Assembly: GCF_964204865.1 (NCBI RefSeq)
Contig: NC_135260.1
Span: 7,874,001 to 7,938,000, forward strand
DNA: 64,000 nucleotides
Origin: Styela clava
Lineage: Eukaryota
Direction of reading: 5' to 3'
Part shown: in pieces, positions 63,439-64,000 of the stretch
How the letters are laid out: each line of letters opens with the position of its first letter
Position numbering within the stretch: the stretch's first letter is position 1
Translations under genes and position numbers: made by a program
The notes under the pieces: generated by a model
Databases searched by the model: none
Seen by the model: the letters and a program-made list of their open reading frames with translations, nothing else
What the model was told of the DNA's origin: nothing

Positions 63439-63525
63439 AAATATTACACTATAAGCTACAACCATATATCAGTTCTCAGATAAAATCAAATTAACCTATA
63501 GTTGAGTAGTTTGGAGCATTCTGAG

Positions 63526-63691
63526 ATGGCAGGTCGAAATCAAGAAAGATCTGTCCAACGTCGTGTTGGAGGTCGAGGTGATAATGATTTGAGTAAGGTT
63601 GAATTCGAAACATCCGAAGAAGTTGATGTCACTCCAACATTCGACTCAATGGGATTACGGGATGATCTTCTGAGAGGAATTTATGCTTATG
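63526..63691 (+). CDS. EIF4A3: Eukaryotic initiation factor 4A-III (DDX48), first coding exon; gene continues beyond the window
   Basis: [36 protein letters not shown] is the eIF4A3-specific N-terminus plus Q motif, followed by a phase-1 donor G|gtatgt. Confidence 0.93.
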
Positions 63692-64000
63692 GTATGTGGG
63701 GTAATCATTTGAAACTTGAGTTTTGGGATTTTGAATGAACATTTAAATACAAAGCAATTCTGTTAAGATTGATTGGTATTAATCAAAATGCAGGTTCTTC
63801 CAACTCACATTGGTTAATTAAAACTTAACAACATTACTATCTGTATACAAATTTTTGAACACTTGGTGGGAAGGAGTAGGACTTTATACAAGTTCTCCAA
63901 AACTTGGATTTTTGGAATCTGGTTCACCTGGTGCAAACAGTGTAATGGTAACATATTAGCCTTGAAATACAACATGAAGTGTAAACTAGTTTTCTTTTAT

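Overview
AT-rich, intron-containing animal genomic DNA. It is probably an ascidian/tunicate-like marine invertebrate; this is inferred from gene content, short introns and repeat types, not proven. Five host genes lie co-oriented on the minus strand in the first 30 kb: two tandem two-exon NXPE (PC-esterase/SGNH O-acetyltransferase-like) paralogs plus a rearranged third fragment, a four-exon galactose-3-O-sulfotransferase, an intronless sphingosine-1-phosphate phosphatase and an intronless, C-terminally anchored Sulfotransfer_4-type sulfotransferase. On the plus strand are an eight-exon peroxisomal sarcosine/pipecolate oxidase ending in SKL and the first coding exon of eIF4A3. The rest is dominated by transposons: a full-length but disabled BEL/Pao LTR retrotransposon (850/851-bp LTRs, 5-bp TSD, no TGG primer-binding site), a Gypsy relic whose internal region is inverted relative to its LTRs, several hAT elements and MITEs with 8-bp TSDs, Tc1/mariner, piggyBac and Academ relics, tRNA-derived SINEs and fold-back MITEs. 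The most interesting hypotheses are a co-oriented glycan/glycolipid acetylation-sulfation cluster, possibly trans-spliced or operonic, and the tail-anchored microbial-type sulfotransferase. All family assignments come from motif recognition by eye; no database search was run.
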